This document shows, piece after piece, positions 18,940 through 28,674 of a stretch of DNA of 64,000 nt. Made by a program: the position numbers and the translations under genes. The notes beneath the pieces were generated by a model, which worked only from the letters and a program-made list of their open reading frames with translations, had not been told where the DNA came from and did not search any database. Positions within the stretch are counted from its first letter, which is position 1. Every line of letters starts with the position of its first letter. Source of the stretch: Meiothermus sp. (GTDB taxonomy: Bacteria; Deinococcota; Deinococci; Deinococcales; Thermaceae); NCBI GenBank assembly GCA_033762915.1, contig JANRLD010000081.1, positions 31,141-95,140 of the forward strand, given 5' to 3'.

Positions 18940-20420
18940 CTAGTCGTCGAACTTGGCCTCGGGCGGGCCCTGGAAGCGCTTCGACTCGCTCGCGAACCAG
19001 ACCACCGCCAGCGCGATCGCCAAACCGATGATCAGATACCCCACCTTCTCGAAGGGGGGCCGCGCACCGATAAAGACCAGTACCGCCCCGCCCAGGATGG
19101 CCAGCACCGCCAGCGGCTTCGACCACGCGCCCAGGTTGAAGGGGCCTTTGTGCGTCCAGGTGGTGCCCTCGCGCAGCAGGCCAGCGGCGATGGGCATCAG
19201 GTAGGAGAGGTAGAGGAAGACCGCGCAGCCCGCGCTCAGCACCGCGAAGGCGGGGGCGTAGAGGGTCGAGATGTAGGAGAGCGCCGCGCCCAGCCAGATC
19301 GCCGCTACCGGCGTGCGGTACTCCACGTGTACCTGCTTGAGGGTGCTCGAGAAGGGCATCCCGCCGTCGCGGGAAAAAGCGAAGATCATACGGGAGCAGC
19401 TCGTCAGCCCGGCCAGCGCACACAGGTAGTTGGCCAGCACGATCCCGACGTAGAGCAAGTCCTTCAGGAAGTCAGGCATGGCCGAGCCGTTCATCAGCCA
19501 GGGGAAAACCCCCCAGCCCTGCTTGGCCCCCTCGTCCAGGCTGCTCATGGCCAGCACGAAGGCGCAGATCATCAGCCAGCCGAAGATCACCGAGTACAGC
19601 ACCGAGTTAATCATGCCCTTGGGGGCGTTGACGGCGGCGTTCTTGGTCTCCTCCGAGGTGTGGGCCGAGGCGTCGAAGCCAGTGACGGTGTAGCAGACCA
19701 GAATCAGGCCGGTGAGGAAGGCAAGGAAGATGCTGTTCATCTGGGCGTACACGTCGCCGCCCGCCGCCCCGGTGTAGTTGGTGAAGGTGAAGAGCCTCGA
19801 GAAGTCCAGCGAGGGCGCGTAGGCCACCAGCGCCACCGTCAGCACGATCGCCACCGCGAAGATCAGGTAGCCGCTGAAGTCGGTTAGGCGGGTGGTGAGG
19901 CGAATGCCAAAGTGGTTGAAGAGGGCCTGAGATATGGTGATGAGCGCGACGATTAAGAACTGATGGCCCAGCCCCCAGCTCGCCACGTTAGCTCCGAAAA
20001 TGTTGCCCATGATCAGGTCGCGGAACAGCAGGTAGACCCCCACGTTCACCGACGAGACCACGAAGATCAGGCCCAGCAGGTTGAACCAGGCCGCCGCCCA
20101 GCCCCAGAACCGCCCGCCCAGGAGCGAGGCCCAGTGGTAAATGCCCCCCGCCGTGGGGAAGGCCGAGGCGATCTGGGCCATGCTGGTGGCCACAATCAGG
20201 GCGAACAGGCCGCCCAGCAGCCAGCCCACCCCGATCGAGCCGCCGCCCGCCGCGCTAAAGCCCAGCGGGAAGGCGGTGATGCCCCAGCCAGGATGCAGAT
20301 GATCGAGAACGAGATGGCGAAGTTGGAGAAGCCGCTCATGCGGCGGGCTAGCTCCTGCTTGTAGCCCATCTGCTGCAAGAGCTTCTCGTCCTTGTCGGTG
20401 CCCGGAACCTTCTGTGACAT
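18940..20420 (-). pseudogene. APC family amino acid/amine permease with a 1-nt frameshift (possibly a sequencing error)
   Basis: The N-terminus MSQKV...MGYKQELARRMSGFSNFAISFSIICILAG continues in another frame as GITAFPLG...SAFPTAGGIYHWAS. The break is in a G4 run (20282-20285). Confidence 0.8.
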
Positions 20421-20685
20421 AAACCCCTCCCCTGGTACAGCTGTGCGGATAAACGCCCATCTTGGTGCATGTGCAGTATGAGATGAAGATTAGATAATGT
20501 ATTGGGCTACAGTCTACCGGGGGACTACAGAAAAGGTAAAGGGGGTTGTGGCGGTTCACGAGGGAGGTTATGCCCCCCTGCAGCGGTTCCCAGCGGTTCC
20601 CCAGGGCTTCCATGGTTCAACTACCAGATGCCGCCCCCAAACGCCCGACAGGGAATCCCGCCAGGAACGCCACTGCTGCCCTCTG

Positions 20686-20795
20686 AGTATCTCCAAAGTT
20701 GAAAGGCAGGAACCCGCCCCGAAACACCCGTAGGGAATTGCGCCAGAAACGCGTTTTCGGCGTTCGCTGGTCTTGCAAATCGGCCCTGGCGCAAC
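20686..20795. repeat. Dispersed ~110-bp intergenic repeat, family B copy 1
   Basis: Reverse complement of 30238-30347 with 3 mismatches; internal inverted ends TTGCGCCAG...CTGGCGCAA. Confidence 0.9.
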
Positions 20796-20993
20796 TTAGT
20801 CTTGCGGACTCACCCTGGCGCAAATTGGTGGCGGGCCTCGAGGATGACCCCGTGGCGACGCGGGTCGGCGAGACGATCCGCCGCTCGAGCAGCCTCAAGC
20901 CCTTGAGTATAGGAAGGCCGGGCCGCTTAACTACTGTGTAAGTGCCGCCCGCCTGCAGGGCGGCGGCAGTTTGTCCATCTACTCGGGTGCAAC

Positions 20994-21221
20994 TTAGCTG
21001 GCCTTGCGGCCCTCGCGCCAACGCACGAAGAGGTTGACCGCCAGGGCGAAGACCGCCGTGGGGCCGGCTATGGCGGCCGCGCCGTCGAAGAGGGTCTTCC
21101 AGCTGCCCTGCCCGGTGTCCAGCCAGTTCAAGCCGTAGAACGCCGAACACAGCCCGCTGATCCCCAAGGCGATCAACACGCTGGCCCGCACCGACTGCTC
21201 CAAAATCCTGAACTCTGCCAC
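20994..21221 (-). CDS. Small hypothetical 2-TM membrane protein
   Basis: 75-aa ORF with two hydrophobic segments and an upstream GGGAG. Confidence 0.55.
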   Translation of the reverse strand: MAEFRILEQSVRASVLIALGISGLCSAFYGLNWLDTGQGSWKTLFDGAAAIAGPTAVFALAVNLFVRWREGRKAS

Positions 21222-21393
21222 AATGACGCTCCCGTTTCACCTCGAGTATCGCCGAGCGCGACCGGAGGGCCAGGGGTAAATAACCCTGTACTCGTTACGT
21301 GAGGTTGCCCAAAGCTCGCCCACGCCATACTCGGCCTCGAGCGCTACAGCGGGGCGGGCGCGGGTGCCACAACCCGGGTGTTAGGCTTGAGGC

Positions 21394-21756
21394 ATGGGCA
21401 GGGCGATCGGCTCGAGCTACGTCATCCGCCAGACCCCCGGCGGCGAGCGCCTCGGCGGGCTGAGGATCACCCTGACTGCTTCGGCCGAGAAGGGCGGAAC
21501 CGTCGAGGCCGACCCCACCAGTTTCTTCGGCGGCGCTCGGCTCGAGGGCGAGGTCGAGTGGATCCTCGAGGCGGCCCGGCGGGGCGTCCACGACTACGCG
21601 GCCCAGCATGGCGTTGACCTGTCCGGCTTTCGGGTGGTGGTCAGCGAGATCGCCTTTCACCCGGTGGACTCGAGCGAGCACATCTTCTACCAAGCCGCCC
21701 AGAGTGCGCTGAGGTCGGCGCTCGAGGCGTGGCACTTCAGCAAGTACGGGCCTTAG
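21394..21756 (+). CDS. Stand-alone EF-G domain IV-like protein
   Basis: YVIRQT.GG and FRVVVSEIAFHPVDSSEHIFYQAA resemble EF-G FIRQTGG and [23 protein letters not shown]. Confidence 0.7.
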   Translation: MGRAIGSSYVIRQTPGGERLGGLRITLTASAEKGGTVEADPTSFFGGARLEGEVEWILEAARRGVHDYAAQHGVDLSGFRVVVSEIAFHPVDSSEHIFYQAAQSALRSALEAWHFSKYGP

Positions 21757-21837
21757 CGCCACCGTCCGGCATCCCCCGACCAGCGCCACCCGCCTGCGTT
21801 TAGTCGAGAAACCTCGAGGGCGTTTGTCGGTCTGTGC

Positions 21838-21866
21838 TTTACAAACGCATAACGGGTTTGTATATT
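21838..21866 (+). promoter_or_regulatory. alaS promoter
   Basis: TTTACA-N17-TATATT. Confidence 0.65.
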
Positions 21867-21875
21867 CAACTCAGG

Positions 21876-21959
21876 ATGCAAGTCCTCCGAGCTACCCAGT
21901 AACGGCCTCTTCCAAGGGAAGAGTGTCGTTAGGGTTTGCCTAGCGGAGGACTTTTTTTT
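21876..21959 (+). promoter_or_regulatory. Structured alaS leader (long hairpin, U8 tract, 8-codon uORF)
   Basis: AAGTCCTCCG(21880-89) pairs with CGGAGGACTT(21944-53), with inner stems TAACGG/TCGTTA and CTCTTCC/GGAAGAG, then T8. Confidence 0.55.
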
Positions 21960-21993
21960 ATGCTTGACCAGTTTGACGTTTGAGAGGCCCATC

Positions 21994-24906
21994 ATGAAGA
22001 CCGCTGAAATCCGCGAGAAGTACCTACAGTTCTTCCAGTCCAAGGGCCACCTGCGCCTCCCCAGCTTCAGCGTGATCCCCCAGGACGACCCCACGCTCCT
22101 GTTCATCAACGCCGGCATGACCCCACTCAAGGTGTTCTTCACCGGCAAGAAGCCGGTCTTCGCGGGGCACGAGGGCGAGTGGTACCGGGTTACCACCTGC
22201 CAGAAGAGCGTGCGGACGGGCGACATCGAGAACGTGGGGCGCACCAACCGCCACCAGACCGTTTTCGAGATGCTGGGCAACTTCAGCTTCGGCGACTACT
22301 TTAAGAAAGAGGCCATCGAGTGGGCCTGGGAGTTTTTGACCAGCACAGAGTGGCTGGGGCTGGATGGCAGCCGCCTCTACGTGACGATTTACAAGGACGA
22401 CGACGAGGCCTTCGAGTACTGGACGAAGAACGTTGGCCTATCCGCCGACCGCATCCACCGCTTCGACGCCGACGAGAACTTCTGGCCCCAGAACGCCCCC
22501 AGCAAGGGGCCGAACGGGCCGTGCGGGCCGTGCTCCGAGATTTACTACGACCGCGGGCCAGATTTTGGAAGTGACACCTGGGCCGACTACTACGAGACCA
22601 GGGAATCCACCCGCTTTGTGGAGATTTGGAACCTGGTGTTCCCGCAGTACGACCGCAAGGACGGCGGGGTTTTAGACCCACTCCCCAAGCCCAACATCGA
22701 CACCGGCATGGGCTTAGCCCGCACCGCCATGCTGCTGCAAGGCGTGACCGACTTCTACGACACCGACGAGTTCATCCCACTGATTGCCGAAATCGTGAAG
22801 GCCAGCGGTGTGAGCTACGAAGGGCCAAGCTCGGTGGCACACCGCGTGATTTCCGAACACGCCCGCGCCGTGACCTTCATCCTCTCCGACGGGGCCAACT
22901 TCTCCAACACCGGGCGCGGCTACGTGGTGCGCCGCCTGATGCGCCGCGCCGTGCGCTTCAGCTACCTGCTGGGCCTGCGCGAGCCCTTCGTGTACAAGCT
23001 GGCCGCGACGGTGGCCGAGGTGATGGGCGACGTGTACCCGGAGACCAGGGAGAACCTGGCCAACGTCCAGAAGCAGATGAAGATTGAAGAAGAGCAGTTC
23101 TTGCGGACCCTCGAGAGCGGGATTGTTTTGCTAAATGACTATCTGGCGCAGGCAATGTTGAGAGCAGGTTTTGCCGCTAAGTACATCCCTGGTGACCGAA
23201 TTTACCCTGTTAGATACGGTTTTGATCCATTAGTTGAGCAGGAAGTCCGCACACTATTTGGCTTTGATCATCGAAAACTGGATATGCACGAACAGGTCAT
23301 AGTGACTAGCGGTTTCCATGCAATAGCAAAGCAGCTAAATCTTCAGTACAAAGAGGTTGCAGGTGCGGAGAGAGTGGGGGATTTCTCCGAGGTCAAGGGC
23401 AACTATCTTTTCGACGAGAAGCCCGTCTTGACTGGAAAAGAAGCTTTCAAACTCTACGACACCTACGGCTTTCCGCTCGACTTGACCCTCGAGATCGCCG
23501 ACGAGCGCGGCATCAGGGTGGACACCGAAGGCTACGAGAAGGCCCTCGAGGAGGCCCAGGAACTGGCCCGTCAAAATCAGGCCTTCGACAAGGAACTGTT
23601 CAAGAAGTCCAACGAGGCACTGGTCGGGCTGGCGCAGGAGTACGGCGGCACCAACTTCCTCGGCTACGAAGACATGGACGTACAGGCCCAGGTCAAGCTG
23701 CTGGTGGTGGGCGAGCAGAGCCTCGAGGAAGCCCCCAGCGGAACCGAAGTGCAAGTTGTGTTGGACAAAACCCCCTTCTACGCCGAGGGCGGCGGACAGA
23801 TTGGCGACACCGGGATGCTCGAGTGGGAGGGCGGCTGGGCGCAGGTACGCACCACCCAGAAGAACGCCGACGGCATCTTTTTGCACGTGGCCGAGGTGAA
23901 AGAGGGTACGCTCACGGCGGGAACCACCGTGCGGGCGCTGGTCGGCACAGAGCGCTCCGAGACCCAGAAGAACCACACCGCCACCCACCTGCTCCACGCC
24001 GCGCTGCGGGCGGTGCTGGGCACGCACGTACAGCAAAAAGGCTCCTACGTGGGGCCAGACCGGCTACGCTTCGACTTTGCCCAGTTCGAGCCGATCTCGC
24101 CCAAAGACCTTGCCCGGGTTGAGCTGCTGGTCAACCGCTGGATTCAGGCCGATTTCCCCGTGAGCTACGCCCTGATGCCCATTGCGGAGGCGCGGGCTAC
24201 GGGCGCGATGGCGCTGTTCGGCGAGAAGTACGGCGACGTGGTGCGGGTGGTTGCTGTCGAGGGCAGTGTGGACAACATCTCGAGCAAGGAACTCTGCGGC
24301 GGCTGCCACGTTGGCCGAACCGGGGAGATTGGTTCGCTGGTGATCGTGGCCGAGGAGTCGGTGGCGGCGGGGGTGCGGCGGGTGGAGGCCCTGACCGGCG
24401 TGGGGGCCACCCAGTTCGTGCGCGAGAGCCTCGAGCGCGTCTCCGGCCTCTCCCGCGACCTGGGTATCTCGCCCGAGCAACTCCCCGTGCGCGTCGGCAA
24501 GCTGCAAGACGAGCTGAAGGCGCGGGAGAAGGAAGTTGAGAAGCTCAAGGCCGACCTGGCTCGAGCCCAGTTGGGCGGCGGCTCGGCAGGCGTGGAAGTG
24601 AAAGAGTCGGGCGGCTACAAGTACCTGGCGGTGCGGCTGGAGGGCATCGAGGCCGGGGCCTTGCGCGGTGCGGCGGACGAGCTGCTCGAGAAGCACAAGC
24701 CCGACCTGGTGGCGGTGGGGTCGGGCCAGAATCTGGTCATCAAGATCGGTAAGAATGCCCAAGATAAGGGACTTGATGCCGGCGCAGTGATGCGCAAGCT
24801 CTCCGAGACCGCGGGCGGGCGCGGCGGCGGCAAGGGCGCAATGGCCCAGGGCGGCGGGTTTGATCTAGACAAGGCCATGGGGGCGCTCGAGGCCGCGCTG
24901 GGGTAG
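21994..24906 (+). CDS. alaS: Alanine--tRNA ligase with an internal insertion
   Basis: DPTLLFINAGM, FEMLGNFSFGDYFK, GPCGPCSEIYYD, IDTGMG, LYDTYGFP, HTATHLL, ELCGGCH and GRGGGK. Confidence 0.98.
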   Translation: MKTAEIREKYLQFFQSKGHLRLPSFSVIPQDDPTLLFINAGMTPLKVFFTGKKPVFAGHEGEWYRVTTCQKSVRTGDIENVGRTNRHQTVFEMLGNFSFGDYFKKEAIEWAWEFLTSTEWLGLDGSRLYVTIYKDDDEAFEYWTKNVGLSADRIHRFDADENFWPQNAPSKGPNGPCGPCSEIYYDRGPDFGSDTWADYYETRESTRFVEIWNLVFPQYDRKDGGVLDPLPKPNIDTGMGLARTAMLLQGVTDFYDTDEFIPLIAEIVKASGVSYEGPSSVAHRVISEHARAVTFILSDGANFSNTGRGYVVRRLMRRAVRFSYLLGLREPFVYKLAATVAEVMGDVYPETRENLANVQKQMKIEEEQFLRTLESGIVLLNDYLAQAMLRAGFAAKYIPGDRIYPVRYGFDPLVEQEVRTLFGFDHRKLDMHEQVIVTSGFHAIAKQLNLQYKEVAGAERVGDFSEVKGNYLFDEKPVLTGKEAFKLYDTYGFPLDLTLEIADERGIRVDTEGYEKALEEAQELARQNQAFDKELFKKSNEALVGLAQEYGGTNFLGYEDMDVQAQVKLLVVGEQSLEEAPSGTEVQVVLDKTPFYAEGGGQIGDTGMLEWEGGWAQVRTTQKNADGIFLHVAEVKEGTLTAGTTVRALVGTERSETQKNHTATHLLHAALRAVLGTHVQQKGSYVGPDRLRFDFAQFEPISPKDLARVELLVNRWIQADFPVSYALMPIAEARATGAMALFGEKYGDVVRVVAVEGSVDNISSKELCGGCHVGRTGEIGSLVIVAEESVAAGVRRVEALTGVGATQFVRESLERVSGLSRDLGISPEQLPVRVGKLQDELKAREKEVEKLKADLARAQLGGGSAGVEVKESGGYKYLAVRLEGIEAGALRGAADELLEKHKPDLVAVGSGQNLVIKIGKNAQDKGLDAGAVMRKLSETAGGRGGGKGAMAQGGGFDLDKAMGALEAALG

Positions 24907-24962
24907 GAACCAGAAACGCATTTGTCGCCCTCCCCCGCCCCGGCCTGCGCTACCATAGGACC

Positions 24963-25964
24963 ATGCGCTTTCTGGGGTGGATGGTGGTGCTGCTGGCGGG
25001 CCTGGCGACGGCCCAGACTCCCAACGAGCGGGTCTTCCGGGGACATATCTTGGTGGAGCCGCAGGAACTCCCGATCCGGATGTACCTAAGGGTTAGCGGG
25101 CAGAGGGCGACGGGCTACTACGTCTACGAGGGGCGCGAGCAGCCGCTGCGCCTCGAGGGCACCTTCGGCCCGTCCGGGCTTAAGCTCAAGGAGTTCGAGG
25201 GGAGCAAGCAGACCGGGGCGTTCGACGGCGGCTACACCGAGGCGGGGCTCGAGGGCGACTGGTACCGGCCCGATGGCAAGGTGGGTGGGCGCTTCAGCCT
25301 GGCCGAGCAGGATCACCGCTTCGGCGCCACCCAGCTCAGCACCGTGCGGCTGGCCGACCGAGGGGCCAACATCGCGGTGCTCTACCCGAGGTTCGTGGGC
25401 CAGGGCGCGGGCTGGGAGCGGATCAACGCCCAGACCGCCCAGGCCGCGCAGAGGAGCCTGAAGCTCTACCGCGAGGACTACCAGACCGCCGTAAGAGAGA
25501 ACAACCTGTCCCAGTTCCGCTATTTCGACCTCGACTACACCTTGACACTGGGCACCGAGCGCCTGGTCAGCTTCACCCTCAGCGGCAGTGCCTGTGGCCC
25601 CGGCGGGTGTGCCTATCCTGGCAGTTGGATCGAGGGCCACACCTTTGACCCGCAGACCGGCAGCCGGGTACCGCTGAGCGCCTTGTTTAAGCCGGGTAGC
25701 CGCTATCTCGAGCGCCTTGTCACGCTGGGACGGCAGAAGGTGCGGGGGCAGCTGGAGGCCAACGGCGTACCCCCGGCAGACCTCCCCGGCATCCTGGAGA
25801 GGCTTGGCCTCGAGGGCCTGCAGTGGGCCCTGGGGCCGAAGGGGATCTGGCTCTACTTCAGCGTGCCGCACGTTTTGGGCGACTACCAGGGGGCCTTGCT
25901 CGAGTACACCGAGCTGCGCGACCTCTTGGCTGCCAGCGGCCCGATCAGGGCGGTGGTTCGGTAG
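24963..25964 (+). CDS. Secreted RsiV/DUF3298-DUF4163-like protein
   Basis: Signal peptide; the TFDPQTGSRVPLSALFKPGS and GIWLYFS segments resemble this family. Confidence 0.65.
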   Translation: MRFLGWMVVLLAGLATAQTPNERVFRGHILVEPQELPIRMYLRVSGQRATGYYVYEGREQPLRLEGTFGPSGLKLKEFEGSKQTGAFDGGYTEAGLEGDWYRPDGKVGGRFSLAEQDHRFGATQLSTVRLADRGANIAVLYPRFVGQGAGWERINAQTAQAAQRSLKLYREDYQTAVRENNLSQFRYFDLDYTLTLGTERLVSFTLSGSACGPGGCAYPGSWIEGHTFDPQTGSRVPLSALFKPGSRYLERLVTLGRQKVRGQLEANGVPPADLPGILERLGLEGLQWALGPKGIWLYFSVPHVLGDYQGALLEYTELRDLLAASGPIRAVVR

Positions 25965-26138
25965 GTTTGTTGCCTGCCCCAGATTTCCCTGGGGACTTTT
26001 GCCCCACAGTTAGTCCATCAGGTCTGCTCCCCCCGGCACGACCTCCCGAAGCAGCGCCGCCGACGGCCGCGCCCCCGGGGTGCCGGGCCGACCCGCGCCC
26101 GTCGCCGTAGACGCCTGGGAGCCTGCCGAGGGAGGCGT

Positions 26139-26711
26139 ATGAAGCCCATCTATGCGGTGCTGGGGTTGCTGTTGTGGGGCGGCTGGGGTCTGGCCCAGGG
26201 GGCCAGCGCCGCCGTCGGCGGCGCGGTGCGGGAGATCCTCGAGAAGCTCCAGCTTCAGTTGGTCTGCGCGGTTCCCGAGGTTCGGGAGCTCGAGGGCAGC
26301 CCGGACAAGGTGGCGCAGTCCCTGACCGAGGAGGTCGAGCGGCGCGGGTGGCAGGTTCTGAGCTACCGCCGCCTGAGCCTCATCTACGTCCTGGTCCTCG
26401 ACCCCGATCCCTCCGACCCCAGCGCCTACGCCCTGGGTGGCTGGATGCAGAACGAGCGACCCGATGCCTTCTACACCTTCCTCACCCGCTGCTACGGCGG
26501 CCCCAGCGACGAGCCCATCGGCCCGGTGGCCCGGGGATTTGACCGCAACTTTCGCATATCCAGCTCGACCCCGCAGCGGCATACTGAGGCCCATGCACCG
26601 CGTCTTCGAGCCCAAAATCATGTACTTCGGCACCCCAGTCGTATTGGTCAGCACCCTCAACGAGGACGGCAGCCCCAACCTCGCCCCGATGTCCTCGGCC
26701 TGGTGGCTTAA
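26139..26711 (+). CDS. Hypothetical secreted protein (true stop may be near 26542)
   Basis: GGAGG RBS and a signal peptide ending GLAQ. The C-terminal tail overlaps the next gene by about 119 nt. Confidence 0.6.
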   Translation: MKPIYAVLGLLLWGGWGLAQGASAAVGGAVREILEKLQLQLVCAVPEVRELEGSPDKVAQSLTEEVERRGWQVLSYRRLSLIYVLVLDPDPSDPSAYALGGWMQNERPDAFYTFLTRCYGGPSDEPIGPVARGFDRNFRISSSTPQRHTEAHAPRLRAQNHVLRHPSRIGQHPQRGRQPQPRPDVLGLVA

Positions 26712-27207
26712 CCAGTCCTGCATGCTGGGTCTCTCGACCCGCTCGAAGACCGTCGAGAACCTGCGCCGCGAGGGTGAGTGTGTGCTCAACCTGCCCTCCG
26801 CCGACATGGTGGACACAGTGGACAAGCTCGCGTTGACCACTGGCTCCGACCCCGTGCCGGAGTACAAGAAGGCCATCGGCACCCGCTTCGTCAAGGACAA
26901 GTTTGGCGAAGCGGGTCTTACCCCCGTCGCGTCGGAACGGGTCAAGGCCCCCAGGGTGCTGGAGTGCCCGGTGCAGCTCGAGGCCAAGGTCGTCAACATT
27001 CACCCCTTCCAGGAGGGCGACTCCCAACTCGCGGGCATCGAGGTTCGCGTCGTCCGCGTCTACCTGGACGACGCAATCCTGAGCACCGAGCTACGGCACC
27101 ACATAGACCCTGGCAAGTGGCGTCCGCTCATCATGAGCTTCTGCGAGTTCTACGGGCTGGGCGCAAACCTTCACCCCTCGAGGCTCGCCCAGGCGTTCGA
27201 CGGCTGA
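26593..27207 (+). CDS. Flavin reductase family (RutF/DIM6-like) protein
   Basis: PVVLVSTLNEDGSPNLAPMSS, KTVENL and APRVLECPVQLE. Confidence 0.88.
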   Translation: MHRVFEPKIMYFGTPVVLVSTLNEDGSPNLAPMSSAWWLNQSCMLGLSTRSKTVENLRREGECVLNLPSADMVDTVDKLALTTGSDPVPEYKKAIGTRFVKDKFGEAGLTPVASERVKAPRVLECPVQLEAKVVNIHPFQEGDSQLAGIEVRVVRVYLDDAILSTELRHHIDPGKWRPLIMSFCEFYGLGANLHPSRLAQAFDG

Positions 27208-27253
27208 GCGCCGATCCCCTGCGGCCCACCAAACCGGCGGGGGCAGGGCCGCC

Positions 27254-28468
27254 TCACCGCCCCAGCCCGACCCAGGCCTTCCCCTCCCACCGCGCCACGA
27301 AGATGCGGTGGGTTTTGCCAGCCATCTCGGCCCAGGCCACCACGGGGTTGCCCCCCTGGTCCAGGGCTAGCGAGAAGGACTCCACGTCGGCCTTGGGGTT
27401 GCGGTTGAGGACGGGAAGCCCCACCCACTGCACGCCGTCCCACCTCGCCACACGCATCTGGAGGGCCCCGCTGTTCTCGAGCCAGCCCACCACCGGGTTG
27501 TCCTGCGCGTCCATCCTGATCTGTGGGCGGTAGCCCAGGCCCGAGTCGCCGTTGACCGAGGCGCCGTAGCCCTGCCAGGAGGTGCCGTCCCAGCGCTGCA
27601 CGAAGACGTTGAAGCCGCCGCCGGTCTCGTTATAGGCCACCATCGGGTTGCCCAGGGAGTCCAGGGCCAGGTGGCCCGAGCCCGCCCAGTTGTCACGGCT
27701 CTGGTTGAGCGAGCCCTCGCCGCGCTCGGAGCGGCCCTGGATGCCCATCGGCCGCCAATAGCTGCCGGCCCACGTACCCACGTAGAGCTGGAAGTTGTAG
27801 TAGCCCTCGCCGCTAAGGTAAAGCTGCTTGCTGTAGGCCAGGATCGGCTGGTCGCCGCGCAGGATGAAGGTGCGCGACCTCGAGCCCGAGCTGATGTCCA
27901 CGTTCAGGGTCCCCCAGTCCACCGTGACCCACCTCGAGCCGTTCCAGCGGCTCATGTAGAAGAGGTCAGCGTTGAAGTCGGGCGGGATCTCGTGCCAGGC
28001 CACTACGGGGAGGCCCTTGGTGTCCAGGCGCAGGGTGGCGGTGTCGGAGACGGTGTTCTCCGACTTGCTGGGCGATGGGCCGACCTGCGCCCAGACCCGC
28101 CCGTCGAACTGCTTGACGTAGAGCTTGCCCGAGCCGAAGACCTTGCCGCGCTGGTCGGGATTCTTCTCGGTGAAGGCCACCACCGGGTTGCCCGAGGCGT
28201 TCAGCGCCAGGGAGGTGTAGGCCGCTGGGAAGCGCGGGTTGACGTTCAAAAACCCGCCCATATTCCCCCAGCCGCTCCCGCCCCAGCGCCGCACGAAGAC
28301 CCGCTTGACCCCGTTCTGGGTCTCGAGCCAGGCCACCACCACCCGCCCCTGCGGGTCAACCGCCAGCGAGGGCCGGGTCGCGTCGGCGTCTGGGTTGAGG
28401 TTGAGGACGGTGGGGCCAGCCAAGGCGAAGCTGAGCAGGAAGAGCAAGAGGATTAGGGCTGGCTTCAT
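27254..28468 (-). CDS. Secreted beta-propeller-like repeat protein
   Basis: Signal peptide; about 7 repeats of SLALDxxGNPVVAW...V.RWDGxxW. Confidence 0.8.
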   Translation of the reverse strand: MKPALILLLFLLSFALAGPTVLNLNPDADATRPSLAVDPQGRVVVAWLETQNGVKRVFVRRWGGSGWGNMGGFLNVNPRFPAAYTSLALNASGNPVVAFTEKNPDQRGKVFGSGKLYVKQFDGRVWAQVGPSPSKSENTVSDTATLRLDTKGLPVVAWHEIPPDFNADLFYMSRWNGSRWVTVDWGTLNVDISSGSRSRTFILRGDQPILAYSKQLYLSGEGYYNFQLYVGTWAGSYWRPMGIQGRSERGEGSLNQSRDNWAGSGHLALDSLGNPMVAYNETGGGFNVFVQRWDGTSWQGYGASVNGDSGLGYRPQIRMDAQDNPVVGWLENSGALQMRVARWDGVQWVGLPVLNRNPKADVESFSLALDQGGNPVVAWAEMAGKTHRIFVARWEGKAWVGLGR

Positions 28469-28674
28469 AGGTCTGGGTGGGCTGGGGGCTCGAGGACTCA
28501 CAGGGGAGGCCAAGAATAGACTACCCCCGTCGTGCCCCAGAACCACCGCGCCCCCAGCCTCCCGGGGCAGGCGGCCCAGCACAGGGAGTCTTCCGACCTC
28601 GAGCGCTCTTCGGTTTTCCGCTCACCGCGCACCGCTCATTGCTCCCCCCCGGACTCGAGGTAATCTATCCCCCG

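Noticed and set aside
21870..21993. T-box riboswitch before alaS
   Set aside because: No UGGNACC antiterminator bulge, and the leader is too short for stem I; reported instead as an unknown structured leader.
23122..23430. Intein or intron in alaS
   Set aside because: No N-terminal Cys/Ser with C-terminal His-Asn, no homing endonuclease motif, and the frame is continuous.
28540..28670. FMN or TPP riboswitch before the fused ABC importer
   Set aside because: Only CCGGGGCAGG resembles the FMN 5' end; the remaining conserved segments are absent.
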